DNA of 64,000 nt. Origin: an uncultured delta proteobacterium. Its GTDB lineage: Bacteria; Myxococcota; Myxococcia; Myxococcales; Anaeromyxobacteraceae. How positions within the stretch are numbered: position 1 is the stretch's first letter; each line of letters opens with the position of its first letter. This document shows, in pieces, positions 31,471-40,551 of this stretch. The notes under the pieces are model-generated. The model ran no database searches, had not been told where the DNA came from, and worked only from the letters and a program-made list of their open reading frames with translations. The translations under genes were made by a program, and so were the position numbers. The stretch spans positions 1 to 64,000 of the forward strand of contig CAWHDZ010000027.1 in assembly GCA_963828255.1 (NCBI GenBank). The letters are read 5' to 3'.

Positions 31471-32231
31471 GCGGCGGGCCGGGCATCGTCGCCGATCCCT
31501 GGAGCGCCCTGCGGTCGCTCACCCCGGCGCGCATCGCGCTGGGCCGGGCGGGCGGGTCGCTCCCCACCGCGGAGGTGCTCGACTTCTCCGCGGCCCACGC
31601 CGCGGCCCGCGACGCGGTCTGGACCGCCCTCGACCTCGACCGGCTCGAGTCCGACCTCTCGCCGATCGGGCTGCCGGTGCTGCGCCTCTCCACGCGGGCG
31701 CCCGATCGGGCCACCTACCTGCGCCGCCCCGACCTGGGGCGACTGCTCGACGAGGCCAGCGTGGCGCGCCTCGCCGGCGCTGCACCCGGAGACGGCTGCG
31801 ACGTGGCCCTCGTCGTCGGTGACGGCCTCTCCGCCACCGGCGTGCAGGCCCACGGCGCCGCGCTGGCCATCGACCTGGCCGGCCGGCTCCGGGAGCGCGG
31901 CTTCCTCCTGGGCCCGGTCGCCCTGGTGCGGCAGGCCCGCGTCGCGGTGGAGGACCCGGTCGGCGCGGCGTTGCGGGCCCGGGCGGCGGTCATCCTCCTG
32001 GGCGAGCGCCCCGGCCTCGGCTCCCCCGACGGCGTGGGCGCCTACCTGGTCCTCGGCCCCCGCCCCGGCCGGACCGACGCCGAGCGCAACTGCGTCTCCA
32101 ACGTGCGGCCCGGCGGGCTGCCCGTGGCCGCGGCCGCCGAGCTGCTCGCCTGGCTGGTCGGGGAGTCGCTGAGGCGCGGCCTCTCCGGGGTGGGGCTCAA
32201 GGACGAGCGGGGGCTTCTCGGCAGCGGGTAG
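31467..32231 (+). CDS. eutC: Ethanolamine ammonia-lyase small subunit
   Basis: TPARIALGRAG, YLRRPDLGR, GERPGL and DAERNCVSN motifs; GTGA-coupled to eutB. Confidence 0.95.
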   Translation: MSGGPGIVADPWSALRSLTPARIALGRAGGSLPTAEVLDFSAAHAAARDAVWTALDLDRLESDLSPIGLPVLRLSTRAPDRATYLRRPDLGRLLDEASVARLAGAAPGDGCDVALVVGDGLSATGVQAHGAALAIDLAGRLRERGFLLGPVALVRQARVAVEDPVGAALRARAAVILLGERPGLGSPDGVGAYLVLGPRPGRTDAERNCVSNVRPGGLPVAAAAELLAWLVGESLRRGLSGVGLKDERGLLGSG

Positions 32232-32249
32232 GCACGCGGCCTCCCTTCA

Positions 32250-32828
32250 CTACCAGTTTCGGACGGGACCGGTGTCCACGTGGACGAAGTCCGGTCCGGC
32301 GTAGTAGCCCACGCCGCCGCGCCCGAGCTCGAGCGCCGCGTCCCGGAGCACGGACGACCGGACGTCGGCCAGCCGCACGTCGATGGCCCGTCCCTGCATG
32401 TGGAGGCTCCGGCTCGCCTGGCCCCCGCCTCCGGCGCGAAGGGCCGCATTGGTCTGCGGCGAACGGTATCCGCTGATGACCTGGAAGGGAGCGGACGAGC
32501 CGGTAACCAGGCGGAGGTCGTGCAACTGGTCGAGGAGCGCCGGGTCGATGACGTGGCGCTCGCCGGTGCGGAAGTCGCGGAGGAAGGAGTCGACCCGCGA
32601 CAGGTTGCCGGGCAGGTAGGTCCCGTCTCCCCAGTAGGGCAAGGTGAGGTGCTCGCCCGTGTGGGTGTGGAAGAAGGACACCACCCGCTCCCCGTGGAGG
32701 ACCGGCGAGGCGAGGACCCGACCCGGCGCGATCGCCGCCGCCCCGGCCAGGGCGGCGCAGGCCTTGATGAATTCGCGCCGGGAGACGCCGGGCCGGTTCC
32801 GCCCGTTCTGGGGCTCTTTCCAGGACAT
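32250..32828 (-). CDS. ycbK: YcbK/DUF882 (M15) peptidase with Tat signal
   Basis: SRREFIK Tat motif; HTHTGE, ISGYRS, SLHMQGRAID and FVHVDTG motifs. Confidence 0.92.
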   Translation of the reverse strand: MSWKEPQNGRNRPGVSRREFIKACAALAGAAAIAPGRVLASPVLHGERVVSFFHTHTGEHLTLPYWGDGTYLPGNLSRVDSFLRDFRTGERHVIDPALLDQLHDLRLVTGSSAPFQVISGYRSPQTNAALRAGGGGQASRSLHMQGRAIDVRLADVRSSVLRDAALELGRGGVGYYAGPDFVHVDTGPVRNW

Positions 32829-32895
32829 GAGGGGTGTATCAATCTCGTAACCGAGGTGGCCTTCTCGCGCAACCTCGGAGGGGGGGAGCGGCAGG

Positions 32896-34563
32896 ATGCG
32901 TGGGGGAACCGGGTGGCTGGCCGCCTGCCTGCTGGCGGCGACGATCTCACCATGGGTGACGGACGCTGCCGACGCCGACCCGCGCACGGCCATCGCCGGG
33001 GTCGTCGGCGCCTCGCGCCACCCGTGGCTCCGGCGGACCGACCTCCGCGACGTCGCGGAGGACCTTCGCGCCCTCTACCCGGCGGGGTCCACCGAGCCGA
33101 TCTGGTTCGAGGACGGGCGGCCGGTCCCGGCCCTGGAGGCCACGGTGGAGGTGATCGGCCAGGGTGCCGCCCTCGGACTCGACCCGGCCGACTTCGACGC
33201 AGGCCGGCTCGCCGAGGCCGCGCGGGCGGCGGCGGGCGGCGGGGCTCCCTCCGGCCGGGAGCGCGCGCTCCTCGATGTTGCACTTTCGGTGCAGTGGATG
33301 CGGTTCCTGTCCGCGGCGCACCGCGGGCGCGTCGAGGCGCCCCACGCCGGCCGCGGCTCCGACCTTCCGGCCCGCCCGATGGACCTCCCCCGCCTGGTGC
33401 GCGAGACCCGCGCCGGGGGCGACCCGGCCGCCGTGGTGGCCTCCGTCGAGCCGCGCCACCCGGGCTACGCCCGGCTGAAGGGCTCGCTGGCCCGGCAGCG
33501 GGCCCTCGCGGCGAAGCCGATGTCGCCCGTCCCGCTGCCCCTCGCCAAGGTCGAGCCGGGAGCCTCCTGGGCCGGCATCCCGGCCGTGCGCGCCCGGCTG
33601 GCCGACCTGGGTGACCTTCCCCCACAGGCTTCACCACCGGTGGACCCCGACCTTCACGACCCCGCCCTGGTGGCCGCGGTCCGGCGCTTCCAGGACCGGC
33701 ACGCCCTCGCCGCCGACGGCGTGATCGGCAGGAGGACGGTCGCCGCCCTGGACGTCCCGCCGGCCCGTCGGGCGCGCCAGGTGGAGCTCTCGCTGGAACG
33801 CTGGCGCTGGCTCCCCGACCCGGGTCGCCGGGTCGTGGTGGTGGAGCTCCCCCGGGCCGAGCTGTGGGCCATCGACGTGGAGCGGGGCACCACCGACCTC
33901 CACATGCGCACGGTGGTGGGCGCGTCGCGGAGCCACGCCACGCCCATGCTGGCGGCCTCCATCTCCGCGGTGGTCTTCCGCCCGTACTGGGTGCCGCCGC
34001 CCGGGATCCTCAGGAACGAGATCCTGCCCAGGGCCCGGGCCCGTCCCGGGTGGCTGGCCGCCCACGGGATGGAGATCGTGTCCGGGCCCGGGGAGGACGC
34101 CGAGACCTTCGCGCCCACCGAGGAGGTGCTCTCCCGGGTCGCGAGGCGGGAGCTCATCCTCCGCCAGCGCCCCGGCCCGAGGAACGACCTGGGCGCGGTG
34201 AAGTTCGTCATGCCCGACGCGCAGTGCATCGCGCTGCACGGGACGCCCTACGGACGCCTCTTCGAGCTGCCGCAGCGGGACCGCAGCCACGGCTGCATCC
34301 GGCTGGAGGACCCGAACGCGCTCGCCCGATGGGTCCTCGTCGGCGAGCCGGGCTGGGACGAGCCCCGGATCGCCGAGGCGACCGCCCGGGAGCGGTCGAC
34401 CTCGGTGAGGCTGCGCGAGCCGGTGCCGGTGGTGTTCGTCTACGGCACGGCCACCGTGGATCCCGACGGGACCGAGCACTTCGTCGAGGACGTCTACCGT
34501 CTCGACGCCCAGCTGGAGGCGCACCTGGCGCGCCAGGCCCCGCCCGCCGGCGCGGGTGGCTAG
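32896..34563 (+). CDS. ycbB: L,D-transpeptidase YcbB/LdtD-like with peptidoglycan-binding domain
   Basis: AVRRFQDRHAL..DGVIG, LERWRWLP, LRQRPGPRNDLG and LHGTP..SHGCIRL motifs. Confidence 0.9.
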   Translation: MRGGTGWLAACLLAATISPWVTDAADADPRTAIAGVVGASRHPWLRRTDLRDVAEDLRALYPAGSTEPIWFEDGRPVPALEATVEVIGQGAALGLDPADFDAGRLAEAARAAAGGGAPSGRERALLDVALSVQWMRFLSAAHRGRVEAPHAGRGSDLPARPMDLPRLVRETRAGGDPAAVVASVEPRHPGYARLKGSLARQRALAAKPMSPVPLPLAKVEPGASWAGIPAVRARLADLGDLPPQASPPVDPDLHDPALVAAVRRFQDRHALAADGVIGRRTVAALDVPPARRARQVELSLERWRWLPDPGRRVVVVELPRAELWAIDVERGTTDLHMRTVVGASRSHATPMLAASISAVVFRPYWVPPPGILRNEILPRARARPGWLAAHGMEIVSGPGEDAETFAPTEEVLSRVARRELILRQRPGPRNDLGAVKFVMPDAQCIALHGTPYGRLFELPQRDRSHGCIRLEDPNALARWVLVGEPGWDEPRIAEATARERSTSVRLREPVPVVFVYGTATVDPDGTEHFVEDVYRLDAQLEAHLARQAPPAGAGG

Positions 34564-35744
34564 CCATCGACGACGATCAGGTCGTCGGGAAGGCCGGTGA
34601 TGCGCTCCCCGCCCCGCTCTCCCACGGCCCAGGTGTTCTCGATCCCCACCGCACCTCGCCCGGGGAAGACGAACTTGGGCTCGATGGCGACGGTCTGGCC
34701 GAGGAGCATGGGGGCGTCGAATCCTGGGGCGAGCACCGGGAACTCGTCGAGCTCGAGCCCGATCCCGTGGCCGACGAAGCGCGCCTGCGCCCCGGGCGGC
34801 CCCATGAAGCGGTCGCCCAGCCCGGCCCGGTCGGCCCTCCGGCGGGCGGTCTCGAAGAGCTGGCTGGGAACGGCGCCGGGGACCAGCGCAGGGCCGAGCT
34901 CGTCCTGGATGTCGCGGGCGACCCGGAAGGCCCGCTCGATCTCCGGGGCCAGCCTGCCGCACACCGCGATGCGGCTCATGTCGGTGACGTACCCGCCCTT
35001 GATGGCCGTGTAGTCGAGCAGCACCGGCACGTGCGGTCCGATGACGTCGAGCGAGGCGCCCACGGGCGAGGAGGGCGAGAGGCCACGGCCGGTGACCGGC
35101 CCGTCGAAGTAGCTCGCCGCGGCCGCGGCCCCGCCCGCGATGGCGAGCCCCATGAAGAACTCCTGGTTGAACCCCCGGACCCTCGGGCTCCCCTCGTTCC
35201 CGGCCCGGCGCATGCGCACCTCGATCTCGGCGGCAAGGTCCACCTCGCGCATCCCAGGGCGCAGGAAGGAGGGCACCTCCCGGAAGACCCCGGAGAGGAG
35301 GCGGGCCGTCTCGCGCATCCGCTCGAGCTCCCAGGGAGACTTCACGCTCCGTGACTGACGCACCAGCCCCGCGACGTCGGTCCACTCCACGCCGGGCAGC
35401 GCGCGCGACCAGAACTGCTGGACCGCCACCGGCACGGTGTCGAGGGTGAGGCCGAGGCGGCGCGCAGGCCCGAGGAGGCCGCCCAGGTCCCTCGAGGCGG
35501 GGAACGGGACCACCCGGGAGAGCGGACTCTCGGCGCGCGCCCGCTCGAGGCTCTTGCGTACCAGGAGCAGCGGTTCCCCCTCGACCGGAACCCAGAGCGC
35601 GGCGTTCTGGCGGGTTCCGGAGACCCAGAGGACGTCCACGGCCTGGAGGAGCAGCGCCCCGTCGAGTTCCTGCCCGGCGAGGCCCGCCCGGAGGATGGCG
35701 AGGCGGCGTGCGGTCTCCGACGGGGGGGTGAGGAGCGATTCCAC
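34560..35744 (-). CDS. Xaa-Pro peptidase (M24 family)
   Basis: RSVKSPWE, GYVTDMSR, GHGIGLELDE, AIEPK and GIEN motifs. Confidence 0.9.
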   Translation of the reverse strand: MESLLTPPSETARRLAILRAGLAGQELDGALLLQAVDVLWVSGTRQNAALWVPVEGEPLLLVRKSLERARAESPLSRVVPFPASRDLGGLLGPARRLGLTLDTVPVAVQQFWSRALPGVEWTDVAGLVRQSRSVKSPWELERMRETARLLSGVFREVPSFLRPGMREVDLAAEIEVRMRRAGNEGSPRVRGFNQEFFMGLAIAGGAAAAASYFDGPVTGRGLSPSSPVGASLDVIGPHVPVLLDYTAIKGGYVTDMSRIAVCGRLAPEIERAFRVARDIQDELGPALVPGAVPSQLFETARRRADRAGLGDRFMGPPGAQARFVGHGIGLELDEFPVLAPGFDAPMLLGQTVAIEPKFVFPGRGAVGIENTWAVGERGGERITGLPDDLIVVDG

Positions 35745-35787
35745 GCCCTTCAGCCTACCCGGGCCGACCCCCACGCTCCAATCGGGT

Positions 35788-36957
35788 TCAGCGCCTGGCC
35801 CGCACGGTCCAGGCCGCGGCCGCCGATCCCAGGCCGAGCAGGATGCTGCCCCCGAAGTAGCCGGGGTACCCGGCGCGCGCCACCAGCGCACCGCCCACCG
35901 CGGGCCCCAGGAACGACCCGAGTTGCACGGCGAACATCATGAGATTCGCGTTCAGGGGCCGGAAGCGCGGCTCGGAGAGCTCGAAGACGAGCCCGTTCAG
36001 CGCCGGGTAGCCGGCCCCGAGTCCGAGCCCGAAGAACGCGCCGAGGAGCGGCGCCGCCCCGATGGGCAGGATCGCCAGCGCCAGATGGCCCAGCGCGATC
36101 ATCCCGAAGGAGAAGGCGGCCAGCCGCGCCTTGTCGAAGCGGTCGAAGAGCCGGCCGCCGGCGAGCCGGATCCCGATCATCACCGCGGTGAGCACCGAGA
36201 AGAAGACTCCCACGTTCCCGAGGCCCCGCTCGGTCGCGAACCCCTTGAACAGGTAGTAGAGGCTGCTCCAGTTCGCGAAGTAGGCGACGCCGAGCGCGAG
36301 AACCTGCCGGAGGCGGGTGCTCCCCAGGGTCTCCCGGATGTCCGCGAAGGAGGGAAGGTGCGGCTCCCCGTCCGCGCCCGGCGGGGGCGGACGGATGCGC
36401 CGGCGGAGCGCGAAGACCAGCCCCACCGCCGGCAGGAGGGCCAGGCCGGCCAGCGCGTAGGCCTGCGTCACGCCCGTGAAGCGCGGGACCGATGCGTCCA
36501 TCGCGGCCGGGACCACGCCGTAGGCGGCCAGGATCGCCACCGAATAGATGCCGAAGGCCTCGCCGCTCCGGTCCGGAGGGATCACCGTGACGAGCAGCGC
36601 CATGGCCCCGGAGCCGAGGAGGAACCCTCCCGCTCCGCAGGCGGCCCGCAGGAGGAAGAGCCCCCAGAACGACCGGACGACGAGGAAGGAGACTCCTCCC
36701 ACGACCAGGATGGCGATGCCGGCCAGCATGGCCCCGGGCGCCCGGCGGGCGTCGAGGAACGGGCTCGCCAGGAGGTAGAGGAGCATGGCGACGAGCGGGT
36801 AGGCGCCGACGACGAGGCCGCGCAGCTCCGCCGGCACGCCCAGCGACGCCAGGTGGCCGAAGAGGTCGTAGTAGGCCGTCCCGTTCGCGATGGCCAGGAA
36901 GGCGATCAGGCAGAGGCTCGTGAACTCGAATCCGAGCAGCTTGCGGGGGGAGGCCAT
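35788..36957 (-). CDS. MFS transporter
   Basis: About 12 TM segments; GRLFDRF and LGSFLGPAVGG motifs. Confidence 0.88.
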   Translation of the reverse strand: MASPRKLLGFEFTSLCLIAFLAIANGTAYYDLFGHLASLGVPAELRGLVVGAYPLVAMLLYLLASPFLDARRAPGAMLAGIAILVVGGVSFLVVRSFWGLFLLRAACGAGGFLLGSGAMALLVTVIPPDRSGEAFGIYSVAILAAYGVVPAAMDASVPRFTGVTQAYALAGLALLPAVGLVFALRRRIRPPPPGADGEPHLPSFADIRETLGSTRLRQVLALGVAYFANWSSLYYLFKGFATERGLGNVGVFFSVLTAVMIGIRLAGGRLFDRFDKARLAAFSFGMIALGHLALAILPIGAAPLLGAFFGLGLGAGYPALNGLVFELSEPRFRPLNANLMMFAVQLGSFLGPAVGGALVARAGYPGYFGGSILLGLGSAAAAWTVRARR

Positions 36958-36998
36958 GGCGCCTCCCCATGTTAGGCATGTACCGGAGGATTTCCCCG

Positions 36999-38444
36999 AT
37001 GCATCGCCTCGACAGATCGATTCTCGCCCGCCATGCCGCCCTGGCCCTGGCGCTGCTCTCCCTGGCCGGTCCCTCCCGTGCCCAGACCGGGAAGGGAGCC
37101 GCCGCCTCGCCGATCCTCAGCGAGCTCAACGCAGCGGTGACCCAGCTGGTGGCCCGGATCTCGCCCGCGGTGGTGCAGATCCGGGTGACCGGCTACGGCC
37201 CTGCCGGCGACGCCGGCGGCGAGGGTCCGGTGGTCTCGCGGCAGCGCACCATCGCCTCGGGCGTCATCGTGGACCCGTCCGGATACGTGCTCACGAACGA
37301 GCACGTCATCCACGGCGCCCAGCGCATCCAGGTGGTCCTGCCGGCGCCCCCGGACGGCGAGAAGCCCGCGGCCAAGGGAGGGCGCCAGCGGATCTACGAG
37401 GCGCGCGTGGTGGGGACGCAGGCCAGCATCGACCTGGCCCTGCTCCGCATCGACGCGACCGGGCTGCCCACCCTGCCGATCGACGCCTCCGCCAAGGTCC
37501 GGCAGGGCGAGATGGTCTTCGCCATCGGCAGCCCGCAGGGGCTCGCCAGCACCGTCACCATGGGTGTCGTCTCCTCCTCGGCGCGCCAGCTCGACGTGGT
37601 GGCGCCGCTGCCCACCCCGATGCTCCTCATCCAGACCGACGCGCCCATCAACCCGGGCAACAGCGGCGGGCCTCTGGTGAACGCCGACGGAGTGCTGGTG
37701 GGGATCAACACCTTCATCGTCAGCCAGTCGGGAGGCAGCCAGGGGCTGGGGTTCGCCATCCCCGCTCCCATGGTCCGGTTCGCCTACGACAACCTCCGGA
37801 AGTACGGCCACGTGCGCCGGATCGAGGCCGGGATCACCGCCCAGGCGGTGTCGCCCACGCTGGCCGCCGGCCTGGGCCTCGCGCGCGACTGGGGCGTGGT
37901 GGTCGCCGACGTCTCCCCCGGCTCTGCTGCGGCGGCGGCCGGCGTCCGCCCCGGCGACGTCATCGACACCTTCGACGGACTGCAGGTGGACAGCCTTCCG
38001 GCGCTCACCGGGGCCCTCTTCCTCCACCGGGTCGGGGAGCCGGTGACCCTGGGACTGATCCGCGGGGACCAGCCACTTTCGCTAATAGTGAACGCCCCGG
38101 AGGCCAAGCAGCCCACCGACCTGCTCGCCGACCTGGCCAACCCCGACCGGGGGCTCGTCTCCCGCCTGGGGATCCTGGGCGTGGACGTGAGCGAGAAGCT
38201 CCGCGGCATCATCCCGCCGCTGCGCATCGGCTACGGTGTGGTGGTGGCGGCCCGGACCGCGGAGGGAGGCTCGAGGGGGAGCGGGCTCCAGCCCGGCGAC
38301 GTCATCCACGCCATGAACGGGAACCCGGTCGAGTCGGTGGAGGGGCTGCGCCAGGCGGTGCTGGCCGTGAAGGCCGGCGACCCGGTGGTCCTGCAGGTGG
38401 AGCGCCAGGGGCGTCTCACCTACCTGGCCTTCGAGATGGAGTGA
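36999..38444 (+). CDS. HtrA/DegP-family serine protease with two PDZ domains
   Basis: GGAGGA RBS; LTNEHV, DLALLRI and QTDAPINPGNSGGPL motifs. Confidence 0.93.
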   Translation: MHRLDRSILARHAALALALLSLAGPSRAQTGKGAAASPILSELNAAVTQLVARISPAVVQIRVTGYGPAGDAGGEGPVVSRQRTIASGVIVDPSGYVLTNEHVIHGAQRIQVVLPAPPDGEKPAAKGGRQRIYEARVVGTQASIDLALLRIDATGLPTLPIDASAKVRQGEMVFAIGSPQGLASTVTMGVVSSSARQLDVVAPLPTPMLLIQTDAPINPGNSGGPLVNADGVLVGINTFIVSQSGGSQGLGFAIPAPMVRFAYDNLRKYGHVRRIEAGITAQAVSPTLAAGLGLARDWGVVVADVSPGSAAAAAGVRPGDVIDTFDGLQVDSLPALTGALFLHRVGEPVTLGLIRGDQPLSLIVNAPEAKQPTDLLADLANPDRGLVSRLGILGVDVSEKLRGIIPPLRIGYGVVVAARTAEGGSRGSGLQPGDVIHAMNGNPVESVEGLRQAVLAVKAGDPVVLQVERQGRLTYLAFEME

Positions 38445-39325
38445 CCACCGGCCAGCAGCTCGCTTCCCACCCAGTGGGCCGCGAACTGCCAGGCGATCCG
38501 GCCGCTCGCGTCCCCCTTCTTGTGGGTCCAGGCGACGGCGGCGGCGCGGGCGCGCTCGTCCCAGGGCAGCGAGGTGCCGCGGGCCACGCACAGCCGATCG
38601 ATCCACTGCCGCACCACCGCCAGGTACTGCTCGGTGCTGAAGGAGTGGAACCCCACCCAGAGCCCGAACCGGCCGGAGAGCGAGATCTTCTCCTCGATGG
38701 CCTCGCCGTGGTGGATCTCGTCGTTCACGAGGAGCGCGCCGCGGTTGTCGGTCTCGAACTCGGGCAGGAGGTGGCGCCGGTTGGAGGTCACGTGGATGAG
38801 CACGTTCTCGGGCACGGCGTAGACCGACCCGTCGAGGGTGCTCTTCAGCGCCTTGTAGCTGGACTCGCCGGGCTCGAAGGAGACGTCGTCGGCGAACAGG
38901 ATGAAGCGGTAGGGCTGGTCGCGCAGGCCGTCCACGATGTCGTGCAGCATCACCAGGTCGTCCTTGTCCACCTGCACGAGGCGCAGGCCGTCCCGCGCGT
39001 ACGCGGCGAGAAGCGCCCGGACCAGCGACGACTTTCCGGTTCCGCGCACCCCCCAGAGCAGCACGTTGTTGGCGGGCAGGCCGGCCAGGAACTGCCGAAC
39101 GTTCAGCTCCACCACCGCCTTCTGTTCGTCGATGCCCAGGAGGTCCTCGAGGCCGGGCCCACCCTGGGAACGGAGCGGCTCGAGCCAGCCGGCCAGCGGA
39201 CGCCGCCGCCAGGCCGCGGCGTGGTGGACGGTCCAGTCGGTGTCCGGCACGGGGCGGGGCAGGATCTGCTCGACTGCGGTCAGGACACGGCGAATCTGCT
39301 CGATCAGGTCCGAATCAAGGGGCAC
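38420..39325 (-). CDS. DUF815-family AAA+ ATP-binding protein
   Basis: ANNVLLWGVRGTGKSS, YKALKSTLDG, TSNRRHL and EEKISLSGRFGL motifs. Confidence 0.92.
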   Translation of the reverse strand: MPLDSDLIEQIRRVLTAVEQILPRPVPDTDWTVHHAAAWRRRPLAGWLEPLRSQGGPGLEDLLGIDEQKAVVELNVRQFLAGLPANNVLLWGVRGTGKSSLVRALLAAYARDGLRLVQVDKDDLVMLHDIVDGLRDQPYRFILFADDVSFEPGESSYKALKSTLDGSVYAVPENVLIHVTSNRRHLLPEFETDNRGALLVNDEIHHGEAIEEKISLSGRFGLWVGFHSFSTEQYLAVVRQWIDRLCVARGTSLPWDERARAAAVAWTHKKGDASGRIAWQFAAHWVGSELLAGGHSISKAR

Positions 39326-39373
39326 GAATCCTCCGGGGGATCCCTTTCATAGCAGAAGGCGTATGCTCCGCCG

Positions 39374-39565
39374 ATGCGCGACGAGCCGGTCATCGACATG
39401 CGTCTCACCCATCTGATGGCGCTCGACGCCAGCCTCTCCGACGTCCGGGGCGCCCTCATGCGCGCCGCCCGCATCCGGACCGCACACTGCGCCGAGATCC
39501 GCGCCCTCCTCGCCCAGGTGGACGACCTGGGGCGGCGGGTCATGGTGGAGGTCAGCACCCCGTGA
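39374..39565 (+). CDS. Small hypothetical protein
   Basis: GC3-rich codon usage; GTGA overlap with the next ORF. Confidence 0.5.
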   Translation: MRDEPVIDMRLTHLMALDASLSDVRGALMRAARIRTAHCAEIRALLAQVDDLGRRVMVEVSTP

Positions 39566-39759
39566 CCCAGAACCCCGTGACGACGTTCCGGGTGGGAAGG
39601 CACGAGCTCCGGATCTGGATGCAGGACGGGCGCTGGTACGTGGCCGTCGATGGGGTCCAGCTCCCCATCTGGCACAAGGTGCAGGCCGATGCCTGGACGG
39701 CCGGCGTCACCGAGGCCGACCGGCTCGACCGGGGCGCGCCGCAGCAGCCCTCGGCCTAG
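39562..39759 (+). CDS. Small hypothetical protein
   Basis: GGAGG RBS, coupled start and GC3-rich codon usage. Confidence 0.6.
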   Translation: MTQNPVTTFRVGRHELRIWMQDGRWYVAVDGVQLPIWHKVQADAWTAGVTEADRLDRGAPQQPSA

Positions 39760-39814
39760 AGCGCACCAGCGGGGGGATGTCACATCCGTTGCCCCCGGTC
39801 GTCTTTCTCCATGA

Positions 39815-40498
39815 GTGCCCGCAACTCTCCTCGCTCCGTTCGACCTCGTCGCAGGGCATGTCGTTGCTGCCATCGACGGCCGCCGCGTCCTCCTCGACAC
39901 GGGCTCCCCTGCCACCTTCGGGCGCGGGGACAGGCTCAGCCTTCCCAGCGGCGTCCACCCCATCTCGTCCGGCCTCCTGGGCTTCACCGTGGAGACCGCC
40001 GCGGAGCACATCCGGAAGCTCCCGGGAGTCTCCCCGGACTTCGACGTGGACGTCCTCCTCGGAACCGACCTGCTCTGGGGCAACGAGGTCCTCCTCGACT
40101 TCCCCTCCCGGAAGGTGCGCATCACCCCGGCGTCACCGCGGGAGGGCACGGCGTGCTGCTCCACGCGGACCCGCTTCCTGATCGAGGACCTCGTGGTCGG
40201 GGGCTTCCGCGCCCCGGCCCTCCTCGACACGGGTGCTCCGGTCTCCTACCTGGCCACCCACCACACCGCGGGCGTCCCGGTGTCCGGTTGGGCGCGCGAC
40301 TTCTTCCACGGGGGGGGGGACTACCAGGTTCCCCTGCGGGTCGTGCCGGCGCTCTTCCGGAGGCGCGGGGTCGCGGTGGGCTTCGCCGAGCCCCCTGTGT
40401 CGGTCTGGATGGCCATGCGGCTCCTCGGGGTGCAGGCCATCGTGGGCACCGACCTGCTCGAGCAGGTCGGCGTGGTCTCCCTCGAGCTCGTCGACTGA
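39815..40498 (+). CDS. Tandem retropepsin-like aspartyl protease
   Basis: Two LLDTG motifs (VLLDTGSP, ALLDTGAP), each followed by a GTDLL closing motif. Confidence 0.7.
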   Translation: MPATLLAPFDLVAGHVVAAIDGRRVLLDTGSPATFGRGDRLSLPSGVHPISSGLLGFTVETAAEHIRKLPGVSPDFDVDVLLGTDLLWGNEVLLDFPSRKVRITPASPREGTACCSTRTRFLIEDLVVGGFRAPALLDTGAPVSYLATHHTAGVPVSGWARDFFHGGGDYQVPLRVVPALFRRRGVAVGFAEPPVSVWMAMRLLGVQAIVGTDLLEQVGVVSLELVD

Positions 40499-40551
40499 AC
40501 CGGACCGCCGGACTCGCCGGCCCCAGTTCCCTGGGCTACACTTCCCGTCTC

